Below are positions 61,970-64,000 of a stretch of 64,000 nucleotides of DNA, one piece after another. The DNA is taken from positions 21,125 to 85,124 of the forward strand of contig CAZOQA010000002.1 in assembly GCA_964581775.1 (NCBI GenBank), given 5' to 3'. Every line of letters starts with the position of its first letter. The stretch's first letter is position 1. The notes beneath the pieces were generated by a model, which saw only the letters and a list, made by a program, of their open reading frames with translations, made no database searches and had not been told where the DNA came from. Origin of the DNA: an uncultured Thermoplasmatales archaeon. Its GTDB lineage: Archaea; Thermoplasmatota; SW-10-69-26. The position numbers and the translations under genes are program-made.

Positions 61970-62840
61970 CCGACACGCCCTCACCCTGCTCGCGCTCGCC
62001 AGCCTGCTCCTCGCCGCGCCTGCAGGCCTCGCGCAGACCCTCGACGAGCAAGCCCAAGCCGCCGCCGGGCACGCTTCCAGCCTGGCCGAGGACGCCAGCG
62101 AAGACCCCGACGGCTTCACCGAGAACGCCACGGATCCCGCCTGGCACGCCGAGCACGCCAACTGGACCCACCGCTGGAGCTGCGAGACCGCGACCGCCGC
62201 CGACGAAGACGCCGGCGAAGCCCTCTCCAAAGCCACCGGGTGCCCCCAACCCGAGAACGCGCAAGCCGGCAACCAGGAAGAGGAGGACGACGAAGAGCAA
62301 CGACCCCGCGCGGACGCGGAAGAGGCCGAGCAAGCCGAGACCGCCTTCCTGGACCTGCTCGCCGCGATCGACGAATACCAACAAGACACGCAAGAGGACC
62401 CCGAAGAGGCGCCCGAGCACACGCTCACGCTGCTCAACCGGACCCTCACCGTGCTCGAGCGCCTGATCGACCCCCCGCGGATCCTCGCCTCAAGCCTCGC
62501 GGACGCCGGCGCGGGGGCCCTCGACGCGGTCCAAGCCGCCCAAGCCCCCCTCCAAGACGCCGGCGAAGCCGCCGCGAGCCTCCCCCTGGCCCTCGCCGAC
62601 ACCCTCGCCGCGGCCGGGAACCACGCAGCCGACGCCACGCACCACGCCGCCTCGGGCCTCGGCGACGCAGCCACGACCGCGATCGACCAAGCCAAAGACA
62701 CCCTCGACGCGGTCCGGGACGCCGTGCTCCCCTCCGAGGACCCCGCTCACGCGCCCACCGAACAGGCCCCCCAAGGCGTCGATCGAGCCCTCGAGACCGA
62801 CCCCCTGCTCGAACCGCTCGACCGCATCCAGCACCCCTAA
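61959..62840 (+). CDS. Secreted acidic Ala-rich helical protein (unknown function)
   Basis: Signal LTLLALASLLLAAPAGLA. It overlaps the beta-helix gene by 11 nt. Low-complexity Ala/Asp/Glu-rich sequence. Confidence 0.55.
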   Translation: MNADRHALTLLALASLLLAAPAGLAQTLDEQAQAAAGHASSLAEDASEDPDGFTENATDPAWHAEHANWTHRWSCETATAADEDAGEALSKATGCPQPENAQAGNQEEEDDEEQRPRADAEEAEQAETAFLDLLAAIDEYQQDTQEDPEEAPEHTLTLLNRTLTVLERLIDPPRILASSLADAGAGALDAVQAAQAPLQDAGEAAASLPLALADTLAAAGNHAADATHHAASGLGDAATTAIDQAKDTLDAVRDAVLPSEDPAHAPTEQAPQGVDRALETDPLLEPLDRIQHP

Positions 62841-62892
62841 CCGCGCGCTCCCCGGGCAACCCTCAACCCTCCCCCCGCCACCCCCAACGGCG

Positions 62893-63909
62893 ATGGTGGA
62901 CCTCGACCACGTCCAGCCCGGCGACACGGTGCACGCCCAGCTCTCCGTGCAAGAGACCCAAGGCATCAAACCCTACGCCGACGGCCACCTCCTCACGCTG
63001 CTGCTCGGCAACGCCACCGGGAAGATCCCCGCCAAGCTCTGGCTCGGCCCCGACGCCGAACGCGCCCGAACCCTCTCCAACCGGTACCAACCCGGCGCCG
63101 TGCTGCACATCCACGCGAACGCGACCGAATACCGCGGCCGCGTCGAGCTCTCCCTGCAAGAACCCCCCGCCCTCGTCGACCCCGACACCATCGACGAAGC
63201 CGCCTTCATCCCCGGCCCCCGCGAACACCTCGGCGTCCTCCTGCGCCGCACCACCGCCCGCGCCCGACGCATCCACGACCCCTCCCTCAAGGCCCTCGCC
63301 CTCGCCGTCTGGACCGACGAAGCCTTCCAAGACGACATCACGCAAGCCCCCGCCACCATGAAGAACCAGCGCGCCCACCGAGGAGGCCTCCTCGAACGAA
63401 CAGCCGCCCTCCTCACCCTCGCCGACGCCACCCACGACGCCTACCCCCGCCTCGACCCGGACATCCTCGCCACGGCCATCCTCCTGCACCCCCTCGGCGT
63501 GCTCGACGAACACCGCGTCACGACCAGCATCCAGATCACGGACCCGGGACGCCTGCTGGGCCCCACGCTCCTCACGGACGCGCGCATCCAGAACCTCTCC
63601 CCGGAGAACCCCCCCGACGAAGAACGCCTCCTGCGGGTCCGGCATGCGATGCTCGCCCTGACCGCCTCCCGAGGCTCCAACACGGTCCAACCACGCACCC
63701 CGGAAGCCATCGCGCTGGCCCAGATCGACCAGCTCGATGCTCGCCTGGCCCGCACGCTGGAAGCCGCGCAACGCATGGAGGACGAAGGCCTCGCAGACGG
63801 ATGGGCTCGGGAGGTGCGCCAGTACCTGGACCTTCAAGCGCGAAGACCCCCCAGCCACGACGCCCAGGAACCCGACCCAGACGAGGACACCAACCCCCCT
63901 GCCACGTAG
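62893..63909 (+). CDS. OB-fold + HD-superfamily protein (YhaM/COG3481-like), with degenerate HD motif
   Basis: N-terminal OB-like region (GHLLTLLLGNATGKIPAKLW..VELSLQE). HRGGLLERT and ILLHPLGV occupy the positions of the canonical GGLLEH and LLHDIGK. Confidence 0.6.
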   Translation: MVDLDHVQPGDTVHAQLSVQETQGIKPYADGHLLTLLLGNATGKIPAKLWLGPDAERARTLSNRYQPGAVLHIHANATEYRGRVELSLQEPPALVDPDTIDEAAFIPGPREHLGVLLRRTTARARRIHDPSLKALALAVWTDEAFQDDITQAPATMKNQRAHRGGLLERTAALLTLADATHDAYPRLDPDILATAILLHPLGVLDEHRVTTSIQITDPGRLLGPTLLTDARIQNLSPENPPDEERLLRVRHAMLALTASRGSNTVQPRTPEAIALAQIDQLDARLARTLEAAQRMEDEGLADGWAREVRQYLDLQARRPPSHDAQEPDPDEDTNPPAT

Positions 63910-64000
63910 CCCCCGCAAGGCACCAAACGGTCCCTACGAGGGCTACGCGTCCCTACAAGGGTGCGTGTTCACCCCGCAGCGTGGAGCCGGGTCGTTCAAG

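Overview
High-GC, densely coding archaeal chromosomal segment with about 60 CDS and one tRNA. I saw no CRISPR array, rRNA, transposase or integrase. Archaeal origin is supported by r-protein L21e, Rpo4/RpoF, DUF655, KsgA/Dim1, Pus10, the ArcS-RaSEA archaeosine pair, a class-I CCA-adding enzyme, ThiDN and a PAC2-type proteasome chaperone. Lipobox lipoproteins and TATA-like boxes about 30 nt upstream of start codons fit this. The lineage cannot be fixed from sequence alone; an uncultured euryarchaeon, Thermoplasmatota- or halophile-like, is a low-confidence guess. Housekeeping genes include topA, RNase HI, PolX, a SNF2 ATPase, cystathionine beta-synthase, a FadB-like fusion, an MDR oxidoreductase, ThpR-Cca and a cold-shock protein. 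The rest is dominated by secreted or surface proteins of unknown function, many in tandem paralogous sets. Most notable findings: (1) the lipoprotein binding protein of a PhnC/PhnE-type ABC importer carries the full transferrin Fe-ligand signature; (2) three translationally coupled paralogs (beta-propeller + PKD + TM + conserved cytoplasmic tail) lie directly behind a wHTH-STAND-TPR gene, with a 107-nt identical gene-conversion tract; (3) a five-gene secreted cluster includes two LVIVD-like lipoproteins, an FKBP-like lipoprotein and a novel Cys/Gly repeat protein; (4) local GC skew forms a mosaic that flips inside genes; (5) promoter geometry looks uniformly leaderless. Many long ORFs in the track are antisense or alternate-frame artefacts of high GC and were rejected. 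All homology calls rest on motif recognition by eye, not on searches.
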